This document shows positions 23,801 to 36,753 of a DNA stretch of 64,000 nucleotides, piece by piece. Location of the stretch: positions 154,183 to 218,182 of the forward strand of contig JBLWGC010000194.1 in NCBI GenBank assembly GCA_048772705.1, read 5' to 3'. The translations under genes were made by a program, and so were the position numbers. Under the pieces are notes generated by a model, which ran no database searches, was not told the origin of the DNA, and saw only the letters and a program-made list of their open reading frames with translations. The DNA comes from Leidyana gryllorum EB-2025a (taxonomy: Eukaryota > Protista > Apicomplexa). Each line of letters begins with the position of its first letter. Position 1 is the first letter of the stretch.

Positions 23801-26237
23801 ACACTCAATGCCTTTGACACTGATGTCAAATGAGCTGTGTTTGACCAGTCGACGCATCGTGCACCCCAAAGCCTCCGACAATCTTTCGGGCAAACGTTTT
23901 CCCATTGAGGACATAGTGTTCTGAATCCGGTCAGAGGTAGCGTGATTGTATTGACGGGAACCATTCCACTTTGCTTTACTGATAACTGGACGGGACCTTT
24001 CGCTGGTCAATCGAATAGCAAAGACAATGCGCATATTACGAATGCTCTGGGATGGCCGAGGCTGTTTCGGAAAGACCATCTGACGATCCGGGAGTGCGAC
24101 ATGCATAAGATCGGCCCGGCTCGGCTCGAAACACCACATGGAGCAATCAAACAGAACGGCCCAGACGAATCCATACGGCGTCGAATTTGTATTGTGCTGA
24201 ATCCATCCCTCTCGAAGTATTGGACCGGAAAGCAGAAAGCTCGGAGCGGCTCGGTTGAAAGCGGACATCATTGGGAAGTTGTTGCCCGTCACTGAACACC
24301 GATCTGAAATAATTCGAGCGGTGTCGTACCTTTGAGCTGATTCACCAGCGTGCGAATACTCTCCCGTTTCGCCTGGACTTTGTCCTCGTAGACCATTTGA
24401 CGAACGTCTTCGTCGGTGAACGTGGGAAGAATCTGTCTAAGGTCCGAGTCGAAATCTTCATTCTCAGTGTCAGACCAGTTAAGTGGCTCGTTGAGAGGGG
24501 CCGAGATCTCTCCTCGCAACGTCAGATACCGAATCCAATCTCTCTCCCACACCGGCCGGGACGCAATCTTGAGGTCAATCCGCAACAGAGGAATGATTTT
24601 GGTCTTCATCCACCAGGCGAACGTCAAATGATGTCTCTGCAGTGCCATCAGCGTTTTCGGACTCCGTTCGACTTCAGGAATCTCTTCCTCTGCGATCGAA
24701 ATGTGTTATGAGACTATCGGAAAGGTCTTTCTTACTCGAGCCTTTCAACATGATGTCCTTCTCAATGGATTCTGTGTACTTTTCGAGCCTCTCTCTCTCC
24801 TTTCTGGCTTCCTCCTCCTGCTCGTGACGACGTCTCTGTGCCCGTCGTACCTCCAGTCGTAGGTGTTTCAAATTGGTTTCAAATAGTGACTTCTCTGCTC
24901 TGGCGCCTCTCTTCATCACCGGATTGACGGGCCCCTCCTTGAAGATGTCCCAGATATCAATTAGGCCATCTTCAGTTGCCGTGGTGGTCTGCGCGAGCTC
25001 GAGCTGTATCACTGGTCGGGCGAAACTCTCCTCTTTCTCGGCATCGGCTTCCGCGATGGGCCCATCCACCACGCCAAAGTCTGCGATTCACATTTTGACT
25101 TTGCACCAACACACCCCCCACCGGAGTTGAACCACTGCACTACTGCTCACCATACTGCTCGAGTACGCCCATAAAGTCTTTATCCGAGTCGGGTTCCTCA
25201 CAATCCTGAAGCCACCGCTGTTGTGCGAGCATTGGCCCCACGGACAATGGGCGATCGCCCGGGATGAGGAGATTACGATCCTGATCCTCCTCAAGATCGC
25301 GAGTCACCCTTTTGTGCTTTGCCCAATGGATGGGAGCGATGACATCAAGTCTGGCCAGAAGGCCGCGGGGGACTGGAACCAAATCATTGCCAATTCGAAA
25401 GTGCTCTTCGTCGCCCTGCGCAGGTTTGCGGTCAGTTTGAGGTGTGGGATTGAATATTCTGAGTGAGTCAGCCTTATCGAGATGTTTGACGCCCAGTTCT
25501 GTGGTGACATCTGTTCTCTCAGCCCCCACTCTCATCGATGCCTCCGGATAGAGTGTGTCGAATCGGGCGAACTCAGGCATTCCCAGCCTTCGTTCCATCT
25601 CCGCTATCATTGTCATTGTCTCATAACCTTCGCCTGTGAATTTGAGGGTCTCCTCCTTGTCCGCTGCCGGGTCGACTGTGGTGCCGAGCATTCGCTGACA
25701 CTTGGCGAAAGAGCTCTCTGCGGTCTGAGCTCCCGTCCCCAATTACTGAGTACACTGAGACTGCCCTCTCACCTCCTTCTCGATGGGGCCCGTGCAAGCA
25801 GCAGGATCAGGAAGGCCCTGATCATTGAGATACTCTGGAATAGATGACCCATATTTTGGTCTGATCGCTTCCAGAAAGGTGTCGCCAAAGTTAGCAGGCG
25901 TATTCCGCCAGTGCCGTTCATCGCCCCAAGTACGCGTCCTCAATTCAGGTATGGAGGTTTCGACCTCCTTGTTGGTGGCGGCGACTGCTGCAGCGTCATC
26001 TGCATAGGAAGTGTTGATCTTGAACACCTCCTGAGTGCTGCCGAGCGTTAGATGAGGTCTTCGTGACACACTCGCAATACGGGGTGCAGTCTTGAGACTG
26101 TCGATAATGGACCCATCGGCCTGCAGTTCCAATTGAGATTGGGGGTCCGACAAGGTGCCACGGAGACTCGGGCCTGTGGGCCGCCATTCGAAGGGGGAGG
26201 TTGGATCATGATTCAAATGTCTAGACTGGCCACTCAT
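17811..26237 (-). CDS. Giant multi-exon protein (roughly 2,600 aa): coiled coil, PH-like segment, RNI-like LRRs and two Lys/Gly/Pro-rich blocks
   Basis: About ten adjacent minus-strand ORFs. The junctions checked join at GT-AG introns (EKE|TAESS, IPNK|CLVDL). LRR motifs include LNLSGNSV, INLTDC, VDLSHT, LRLDYN, IDLSVN and LDLRNN. PH-like start ILREGWI..WAVL. Confidence 0.7.
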
Positions 26238-26382
26238 TGCTTTAACACATATTTATTGTTCACTATCTGAAGGTCAGTGGTTGATGGGGAGTTTGGAATG
26301 ACAATAGGCGAGTGAGCAGGGTTTCATGGAGCGAGCGAGAGGAAGTATGGTGTGTGTATGACGCTTTTGTCAGCAGGCAGTA

Positions 26383-29300
26383 CTACTTCATGATCTCCTG
26401 CAATAACGCGTCGGGGACCAACAATGTCTGCAGTGTTGAAGAATCGAATGGTGGCTATTGGAGTTACTCTCACCAATGGGTGCTCGGTAGGCGCTACAGC
26501 AGTGGTGGCCAGCTTGTTATAGGTTCCGCTCAAATCGGCCACACCCTTCTCCTCCTGAGAGTCAAAGAAAGAAGTCCATTGATGCGACGAGTCAGTGAGT
26601 TATCTCACCTCATTCGCCATGGAAGCAAACAAGCGTTCCCGCATTTCGTCTCCAGCATCTTGTATCTTCTGAGGCCGTGCTGTCAAACTCTCGTCCTTGC
26701 GGAGTAACCCAGCGAGTATTGGGAGAGTGGATCGCACTTTGTGAGACAAGTTATTGTTTGCCCGCAACAGAGGATGGCTCATCAGAGACACAAACGCGGC
26801 CAAGAGACACCTTCTCTCGGGCAAAGTCTTGACGTGCTCGGCCACGGGTAAGAGGTAGAGATTCATGTAGGGCTCCAATCTGGATGACTGGTTATCGATG
26901 AGTGAGGGAACGTCCAGAGTGACATCGCGGTTATCACCGTCGCGCCGCCCGATGGCTCCACGGTTGGCCACCAAGTCACACTTGACTTGGAGCGCACACA
27001 TGGAAACAACGGCACACTCGGTTGGGATATTGACACTTCCTCCGTGACCAACTTTGGATATGTATTGACTGAGACAAGCGACCAGTGGTCTGGCGTAAGT
27101 CTTCAAAACACCCTCGGGCATCCAGAGAATGATATTGTTGACATATTCATAACTAATCTTGGCAGCCATTCTCCGGTTACCCAAACAGTAGTTGAACAGT
27201 GTTAACATGTTGCCAGTGGCCTGCTCCATATGACTTCCGAGAATCCAAGATCGGCGCAAGAAAGAGGAAATCAGTGACAAGATGCCGGGTATGTTTGCAT
27301 TCGAAGCCGTCCATCGGTCCTTGTGGAGTACCCCGTCAAAGATGCCGGTATACAGGTCGGCCCATTGCTGAGTCACGACGTTAGTACCCACCCTCGTGGG
27401 GAGTGTAGACAGGAGGCCAGCGACCACTTGGTAGGCGTAAGGCACAAATGCGTGACTCTCCTCCTCAGTGATGATCGCCCCCATAGTTCTCAGCACATAG
27501 GAATGCAACTCGTGGCCCTGAGCGGTAACGCCCACCGCCACAGCAACTATTCCACACAATGCGGCAACAGCCTCAAACAGGTAATGACAGAAAATCGGAT
27601 TCACCGGCTTCCGTGCCACTTCCCGAAGGATTGTCACGAGCTCGTTGAGTCTCTGTGCTTGGGTGTTGACGTCCATTCGTACCACCGCCAACAGTCTCCA
27701 AAGGCAACGCATGACGTATTCATTGTCCAAACATTCCACACTCAAGCTGACCCGCGAAAACAGGGGCTTCACAGCGTTCTGGAGTGCTCTCTGCACCGCA
27801 GGCGATTGACGATTGAGAAACGGTTCTCCCGGAGCCTTGAAGGTCAACAAGCGCTCCAAAGTTGAGGCCGCGTTGGTGTACACGTACACGTGTTCGCTCG
27901 CCAGGTACTTGACCACATACGGCAACAGATTGACCAATTGACTGTAAAAGGAGATAATGTGAATTCGGAGAGAGACTTTCCGACAGCAAACTCACTCTGA
28001 GGGAATGAACCGTCGGAACATACAGATAAACTTGAGAGCAGATCCTTTGACCAAAGCAGCCTCTGGAGACTTGATGGGAGTATCATCCGCCAATACAGGA
28101 ATGAGTTGCTGATTCAGATACTCAGTGACCGAAACTATAGAAGACACTTCCGTGATTCCTTTAGCCCGCGTCGAAGTCTTGACGGAGATGGAGGTCACCA
28201 AATAGGTGGCCGCTTCTCTCAACAGCAATCTGTCCTTTGTGGTTCTGCCACTGTGACCCGACTCAGCGAGCATCCCCTTGATGGCTTCGAGTAAGTCCTT
28301 GCAGACCTCGGCTTCATGATGATTCAGCAGAGATTTGATCAACTGTGCCGCACCTTCGCGACGAGCCCCTCTCAACAAGCCTTCGAGGTCCTCGCGAGTG
28401 TACAGGAGCGGCTCCTCGTCACAGGCCTCCAGATCCCCTTCGCGCAGACCCACATGATTGAGGATGACAGAGGTGCAGAGGTCGTGGCAGAGGTTAGGAA
28501 TATGGGCAAAGGGATCCTTCTCTGGGCCCCAGTTGACACCCGCGATGACAGCCAGACTGGCCATGGCACTGCCCACCAAGGCATCATACTGAGTTTCAGA
28601 AGAACATTGTCTAATGGCCTCAATCAGCGCCTTGGTGGCGTCGAGGGTATAAGGAGTGAACTCTTCAGTATACTTTTGTCCGTATTCTCGGATGATTTCG
28701 CACGCTGCGGTTTTGAGATCGATTTGCTTCTCGTTGTCTCCTCGGGCGTAGGGGTTGGCTGGGCAAGCCAGCAACTTGATGGTCTCTGTCATGTGCATCT
28801 GCATCTGCTCTTCAAAATACTCCGGGAGGTCAACACCATGGAGAGTTTTGATGATTTTCAGAGAGTGACAGGCGCCATCACACAGTTGGAGGGACCTGCG
28901 GGCGAGTATCTGGTTGTCGAGAGACCCAGAAGGGCTGGTACACATGCTTCGGTACATCTCGCCAAACCATTTGTACATATATAGGATGGGTTCCTGCGCA
29001 TTGGACAGGATATACTGTAATTCAGAGAGAATGCCTTCGCTACGTTCAATGTTCTCGTACTTGCTGAGGACATTGAAGAGCACATCTTGAGCTATCAGGA
29101 TTTGCTCCAAGTCACATTGGGAATTGTCCTGACCAGAGGCTTGCATACGAGCGAGCAGGAACGGCTTGTAGTACTGGTTAATCAGAGTCGGTAAGAGCGT
29201 TGGCCAGTCGCCAGGGAAGTCAGTCGCCACCATAACTACGAGCACGTCGAACAAAATGTTGCGGATCGATTGCGTGCTCTGAATCAACAAGGGAAGTATC

Positions 29301-29572
29301 TGCTCCTTCATCAGTTGTCGAGTTTGAGCATTCACTTGTTCCTCGTGTTCCCAAGTCCGCTTCAGAGTGTTCTTGAGGAAGATGGCGGCACCCAATCGCG
29401 CTGTGGGATCCACTTTACCCTCAGCTTGTGGACTCAGAATACCACAGAGTGTGCGGATGGTCTGAGTTTGATGCGACCGGAGCAGTGCATTCAGCTCATC
29501 GCATCCTGCGTTCAAAGTGGCAATGTCCGTAGATACGGACTTGGACACGGCTTCCACAACCCGAGGGTCCAT
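26383..29572 (-). CDS. CSE1: Exportin-2 / CSE1 (importin-alpha re-exporter)
   Basis: Importin-beta N motif RLGAAIFLKNxLKRxW, Cse1 motif DLPEYFEE, NEYVMRCLWR, KPVNPIFCHYLFE and FVPYAYQV. Three introns; stop predicted at 26383-26385. Confidence 0.92.
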
Positions 29573-29596
29573 TGACGACTCCAAAAAATGTTTTTA

Positions 29597-32500
29597 CTAT
29601 CTATCAGAATGAGAAGAAAAGGACCGCGCCACGCGACTCAAGAGGGACTCATACTGTGGTGGCTCGTGCCAGTCTAACGAATCATCTCTTTGTGCTCCCG
29701 GCGATACCTCAGATTGATGCCATGTCCGTCTACGCGAGGATTTAGACATTTGCAGTATCCCAGACAACATTTCATCGGGTGTTTCTATTCGAGGACGTGC
29801 CAACACACTGAACCTTCGCTTCCTCTGAACTCCCGCCCCGTCCACAGCCTCGTGATCTTCCAACAGGGCTTTCAATTTCCGCGACGACTTTCTCCGCACG
29901 ATGCCTTTGACTTTGCTGCTCACAGCTTGTGTAACAATGGCCTTCAAAATATACCAACTCAGCTCCGCTCCCAGTAAACCTGCCAGAGAGGAGGACTTGA
30001 CATCCTTCAAGTCAATGGCTGGCAAGTTGATCACTGCGTCCTCAATTCGCATCAAACCGTTGTAGCTGAACAGCAATTGTTGAGCGTTCACTTGCAAATC
30101 CCGCACGAACACAGGGCTCGCTCCCTCCTTGCTACCTTTCCCCGTAGGTCCAGCCTCCAATTTCGGGGGTACGGGGGGACTCGCGTCCGCAGCATTCGGC
30201 ATTCCTTCAGCTGCACCCAAGAGTTGAACCTCAGCAGCTTGCCAGGACTCCAGGATCTTTCTCCTCTCCAACTCTGCTGCTTCTTGCTCTGCGACGGCAG
30301 CGGCGGAGAAAAACGTTGTGATCTCCACCAAGAAGCGTTGGGAGAGGTTCAGAGAGAGTGGCTGGAACTGAAAGAAAGCTGTCTCCGGAAGATCGCACAC
30401 TATAGCACACTTACCACGATCCGCATAAATTCGTACACTTCGATGGTAGAACGGTCGTCATCGCTGCCGTTGCCTGAACACCCCTCGAACTCAGTGAAGA
30501 GAGGGAAAGTGGTGCGAGTGGGGTCAGGTTTGAGGTAGCTGGAATCACTCTTGTATTTCGCATGGAAGATTCTGCTTCGTCGAGTCTTTCGATGGCCGGT
30601 GGCAGCCTTGACGGTCCTCAGGTTCAGCGAACTCGAGACTGCTGACCACCTGAAGACAGGAGTGTCATCATTACCATCTACGGTCAAGGGTGCCAGGACT
30701 CTTGCACAGTAATCCCCCTTCTTCTTCAGCAGAGCCTCAGAATTTGAGTTGATGAGTATATCGCCAACTTCAAGATACTGCCGAGTGGTGCGGGGGGCAA
30801 TGGTGTTGAAGTCGACATGAAGTCGAGTCTCATTGAGCCTACAGCGCAGTATGTGTTTGGTTTTGCCCTGTTTCTGTTGCATCGCTCTCAGCCTCAGCTT
30901 GATCTCATCTTCGGCATCACGCTTTTCCAGACTCTTGATGGCCTCACAGATAGTCAAATCGCAGGCCGACCCTCCGAACCCGGCCTCCAACGTCACTGAA
31001 CCCTGCCCGAAGCGAGCTGAAGCGCATATTCTTTGCTCTCGACCCCTCGGAGAAGAGGAATCCTTCCTCGGCGAGGCCTGCAGCCAATTCTGCACCGCAC
31101 CATTGATTTCAGAGGCTTTCTCACAACTACTCGCCAGATGGTGATAATCGGCAGCATTGAGAGCGACAATGATCTTTGGGACTTCGACGTTCATTTGTGT
31201 CAATCCGCCTGCGAGCAGAGCCCTCTTGTAGGATGCCGAGAGACACACGACTTGGCGAAGGATGTGACTCAGGTGAGTATCGGCCTGATGGTCGCCAAAG
31301 TACCTTCGCAAAGCCTTCCACTCCGTCTGCTCAGCCGAAAGTGGTGAGGACAGCGATGTTCGCATCACTATCAACTGATCACAGTGAAGCTCGAAGGATC
31401 TCAATATCTCCTGCGCTGTCTCTCCATCGCAGGGTTTCATTGTAGTCCCGGTGTCTTGCGTCACCATCACTCCCAGGGAGGCGACTCGAGCCCACCAGCT
31501 GGTCGGTCGCAAGCCCGAATGTGCCACCGGCATTGGCGCCAAAGTCAATAGTTTGCAGTAGATGGCATCGGGCGACGGTAGGAAGACATTCGGACGACCC
31601 TCTTTGGGTCTGTCTTCTGGGGGAATGCAGTTCTGAGGTTGCATCAAGGCCGTCGAGGAGCATTTTAGCAGAGGCTCCTGGACGTGAATGTGAATCGGCC
31701 GGTGTGATCTTCCACTCAGTACACTCGACGGCATCAGGGGGTCCTCATCCACTCTACTGGTTATTCGTGAGAAGTACATCCCCTCCATATCTTCGGTGGA
31801 CAGAGTGTAAGTGCTGATGGTGGGTGAAGGAATCGAATTTGTACTCGGAGTGCAGCCAGAGTATCCCAGAACCCCGACACACAAGAAGCGCAGGCCATAT
31901 ATCAATGGTCGAAGGCACCAGGACATGAGGGGCAGATAGAGAGAGCAGGCGGGGTCGCGAATGCTGACGTCATGGCAACCTGCCCCTTGGTCGTAGGTGT
32001 AGGTGATCTCCTCAAAGTTCATGTGCAAAACGCAGATCGATGCATCATGTACATAAAAGTTTGCCTCTTGCACTTCCACATGGGTGGAATGCAAATCTTG
32101 CAAACTGAGACCACCTGTCAACATACCCATGCTCAGTCGGCAATTGGTGCTGAGCACCGTGATGCCTCGGCACAAGAAGCCCAGATTGAGATGGAACCTG
32201 GGCTCGGGTTCGGGCTCGGACTCGGACGGAACATCTACAGAGTTCAGGGCCGAGAGGGTGCTGTTGAGCTGAGAGGTGGTCCTCAAGTCACTATCCAAGT
32301 CAAAGGTGGGTGAAGACGTATGCGACTGGAGACTCTGGCCCTTCACCATTGTCCAGGCTTGGTCCAGGAGTCGCTTCAAGTGCGTCAAGTATTCGACGGT
32401 GAGGTTCATATAGGTTCCAGGGCCGCCGAAATCGAGTCGAACTGCGGCCAGACACGCTTCGTAACCCACATTGATGGGTTCCGTGAAGCGGAAGATTACA

Positions 32501-35500
32501 ACCGAAGCTGTGTTGGTTTGTAGTGTGGAGCTGAGAAGCGTTGACATCAAGAATCTGCCGGTAGTGCGGTCATCTTCCAGACTTAGTGATTCTGCTTTGA
32601 GGACCAGACTGCCTTGGGTATCTGTGATTCGGACAGAGAAGGCTTTGCGAACGCCTAAACGCATCAGTTCGAAAGTTCTGCGGGCGGGAGGTGCTGTTTG
32701 GTCGTCGTCCTCGAGGTCGAGTGACCGCCCCAAAGTCGATGAGAAGACGTCAGACGGATGCTCATTCATAGAGTCGGTAGTCAGAGGCGACAAGGTGGCA
32801 GGTCCACAGTGTAACATGGCGTGTTCGAGAACATTCTCCAAGACGTTCTTGACATTCACTTCGGGGTCAGCTGTGATCGAGAGACAGCCGGACCCGTCAA
32901 CCCCCACGTACAATTCTTCCGGGTCGATGCGTAGGACCCCATTATGCGCGTTGAGCTCAACTCTGGCCTCATGACAGACTGCTCGCAGCTCATTGACGCT
33001 GGTATGGACAACTCTGGCAAGTTGGACTTCAGTGCTCAGAGTCTCAGCAGGAGTAGCTTTAAAGGTGATCTCGGACATTGCACGCATCTTCCAGCCTCCG
33101 ACTGCAATGTCCAGAGCGTTACTTCGTCCCGAGTGGTGCGCTATCCAGGTGTCGAGGAGGATATCCCGGCGTTCTTCACGCAGGATACACTTCTTGACTG
33201 AGGAAGTGAGTATGGGAACCTGCCACGGGGGGGCTCCCTTGACGAGCTTCCGGCGATGACCCTCCCAGACCGATATCAGGTAATCGAGAGCCGCGTTCTC
33301 GATGTCATTGGCCGGCTGCGGAGAGAATTCGTGCAGATCCAAACCTTGCAGACGCCGTGGAGTGGTAGTGGACGTCGTCTCCTCCTCGTGCGATCGGGTG
33401 GTTCCCAAACAACGCACCCGGGCATCTATATCGTCCGAGACAGCGAGGTACTCCTTGGGGTCTCGGAAGGTCTCTGTTCGCATCCCCAAAGCGATATCAG
33501 ATGCCCCGAATATCATAGCCATCAAAGGCGACTGACAGGGAATGACTCGACGGCTTAACAGCGCACACAGATCCTTCAAATGACTCGGGTATTCCATGAT
33601 TCCGCCGAGTGTGGGGACGAAAGCGTCCATCATCGTAGTGATGAGATGGCGAAGCCAAGCTTCACTGCTCAGTCGAAGGCGGCAACTTTCAACAAAGACC
33701 TTTACAACCCGAGGTTCAATTGTGCCGTCGGCGAGGACGGGCAGATCGGTAGCTTTCCATTCGAGTTCTTCGTGTACGAGGGATAACCAGTCATCAACGA
33801 TCTTGCAGCATTGGGTAGGATCCAGAACAGATGATTTCTTGCTGGAGTCACCGCCAGTATCCTCGTCGCTGGTCGTGGCCATAGACCGACTCGCCCCCGT
33901 CTTTATTCTGTATCGGCGAGGACGCATGTGCCAATATGTGAGCCGTCGGAGGCTGATGGAGGTTTGGACCGGCGTGACAAAGTCAGCAGTGCCTCGTTGC
34001 ACCAACAGCACTCGCAGCATATCACAACCAGCGATCATTCCTTCGTTACTCAACCCGGAGTAGTCGCGGAAGAGACAGAGGTCAGCAGCACTCAGTGTGA
34101 TCTCGTCGCTCAGTAGCCGCACTCCCGCGATGCAGAAAGCAAAGTTCTGTGGCAAAGATGGCCCACAGTTGTACGTGGTCGCCAAAGTGCTCCACTTCTT
34201 CCAGTACAGTGACGAACTGGAAGTGAGCAGAACCATATTGTACAGATTGACCATATCCACGATATCCAGAGCCAACTCGTCGACTTCCTGATTGGATCTC
34301 CCCATGTCGAGAGCCTCGAAGAACAGAACCATCCGGTCAGCCTTGGCTGGCAGCACAACGCTCAACCCTGCCAGGGCCGCCACTGGCTCGTCGACCACAA
34401 GAGGTTTGAGTTCATCCAGAGCACAGTGTTTCAGTGTATGGGCCGACATTGTAGGCACATGGAGAAGTGTCCCGTTAAAGTAGTTGGGACACAGCGTCGT
34501 GGTGCTGACGAGTACCAAACCCTCAGGAGCAATGAGTTGGATGCGCTCGGCTGCATTGGGGTGTTGATGGCTGCCGACGTAGTTCAAAGGTCCCGTGAGG
34601 ACCCGAAGAGCTCCCCGGATCTCGAGAACGAGGATATCCCGTTGTTGGCCAGCGTAAAAGTCCCAATACTCCCCGATGCCTTTGAGATATTTGACGCTCT
34701 GATCTTTGGCCTCGCGGACAAAGTGCCACCAATCGATGGGGTGCGAGTTGAGATCGAACTTTTCTCGGTGGTGAGCCTCACTCGTCTGTCTGGCTTCCAT
34801 CTTGCGGGTGTCAAAGAAGGCCTGCGGCCCAGTCACCATGTGACGCGAGTATCGATGCACCTTGCGGCCCAGCAACAGTATTTGCCACCAGTGATACAGG
34901 TCGCCGGGGCTGAGTAAACAATCCACAGAGTCTAGGAGTATGGCTGTCTTTTGACGATACGTCGCGGTTTTCAAACACGAGGGGAGGTGGCCTCGCTGAT
35001 CCGGTGGGATCCTTTCGTAGAGGACTGAGACTTCTGTGTGGGAATGAGTTCGTGCAATCAATACGACATCCGTATCTTCAAAGACTGGAAAAGTCACAGC
35101 AGTGGGGGGTGAGCTTTGCTTCCACCAATCCCACTGTTTTTGACGACGGGAGAAGATCTCGGTGGGTCCAATGGTCACAAGCCAGAAAGAACGATGGACC
35201 TGCGACACGTAATCATTCAAGCAGTCCCATTCAGCGTCTCCCTCGCCTTCCCCCGCGGCTGGGCTTCCGGGACGATGCGGTTCGCAGAGTGAGACGGTCA
35301 GTTGAGCATGGGAACACTGAGCGAGGAGGGCGTAGGGGCCCTCCTGGTCTAACATCCGGAGTCGTATGCCCTGAGGGCCATTGATGGAGAGATCGATTGG
35401 TGTAGCGGGCGCGGTGGATGAGAGACGGGGTTTGGAGGGGTGAGAAAGGGCGACTTGGAGTCGGTGATAAAGAATCAACACGTCGCGAAAAAGATCGTCC

Positions 35501-36360
35501 AGGACCACATCAACTTGGCAACGGCCTTCCCACTCGAAATTTACATTAGTGATAGGCAGGCAGTTGTCTCCCAGAGCCTTAGCGACCCAACACAAAGGGT
35601 CCAGTCCGCATTGCAGTTTGATGGGGTCTTCGAATAGAATTGAGGATTTCCCGTCAGCCCCGATGGAGAGTCTGGTGGAACTACTTGTCAACGTGAGATC
35701 GCCGCCGGATGTTCTGATATCGAGAGACGTGGCGACACATTTATAGAATACAGGGCGAGTGAATAGATGCAGTTTTTCTTCGAGTAGAGTCTCGTCGCGT
35801 ATATCAAAAAGTGTACCTTTAGCATCAATTGTTACTTCCGCCACTGATCGGATCCAAATGAGACAATCACACCTGATTTCATTGATAAAGAGTCTGGCCT
35901 CTAATTTGTCCAATATGTATAACAACGTCGCCTTAAACAACGCTGCCATGAATTTGCGAGGCTTCGGCCATTGCCTCCGATGCTGTCGGGTAGCAGCACG
36001 CCGCTCTGGTGGCTCACCGTCACCTTTCCTACTTCTCGAGCGAAGGTCATTGAGGTCATAGAAAAAACGTATAGAGAGTCGTTGAATCCCGAGTCTGCAG
36101 CCCTTCTGGAGACTGAGACCTGTCGCAGTGATTTCCATATGGGACGACCAATTGGACGTGAACGGAAGGAGCAGAGTGATAGTAGTGTTCTTTCTAGTGA
36201 GCCGAGCCCGCACCTTAGTGAGTTTATTAACCAATATTGTAAAGAGCCATAGGGTCTGACGAGTTATAACATACACACAAAGACCAATCACGCAGGCCAC
36301 CAAGCCAACAAGTGACCGGATCTGCCACACAGGGACCAAGACATACGCTTGGGTCGGCAT
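29597..36360 (-). CDS. Bridge-like lipid transfer protein, Hobbit/FMP27/SABRE/BLTP2 family (about 2,240 aa)
   Basis: N-terminal TM helix and a long beta-rich body. After the intron at 30414-30368 the C-terminus reads VYEFMRIV|FQPLSLNLSQRFLVEITTFF and LLFSYNG..INLPAIDL..ILKAIVTQ, resembling the Apt1-type C-terminal motifs PLxIxLxxxF..FF and VSYKG..LxLPxLEY. Confidence 0.72.
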
Positions 36361-36753
36361 ATCTTCTTTATTCAGGCCACTGACATGAATCGTGAGACTT
36401 GTTGGCCAGATCGTGGATTGGCAGGTCAGCTTCCCCTTTACACACTCTATATACCTGAAACACTCTCGGCCTCACCAGACTTTTTTTGACACTACTCAAG
36501 CCCTTTTAATATCAAACCCATTCCCAACCGAAGATCTCATAATAAACCAGTCGTCTCCTATCTTAGCCGCTGGTCACTATGTTTGGTCATCCACGGTGTT
36601 ATACTGGCTGAAAGGTCGGTTGATCGATCATTTGTATTCATCGACAGCTAGAACGCCAGCCGGCGGCACCCAGTGCGTGATCATAGTGTGCGATTTTTTG
36701 AGATCGATGGTGGTATTTTTGGTTAGTCTTACCACTATACTACCAGCGAACAC

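Noticed and set aside
25725-25772. In-frame TAA between two abutting ORFs (readthrough or altered genetic code?)
   Set aside because: The stop lies within a 48-nt gtgag..ctcag intron, and the standard code works throughout the window.
30368-30414. TAG/GTG one-base ORF overlap suggesting a programmed frameshift or two genes
   Set aside because: A 47-nt gtaag..ttcag intron joins the frames and restores the family-like motif.
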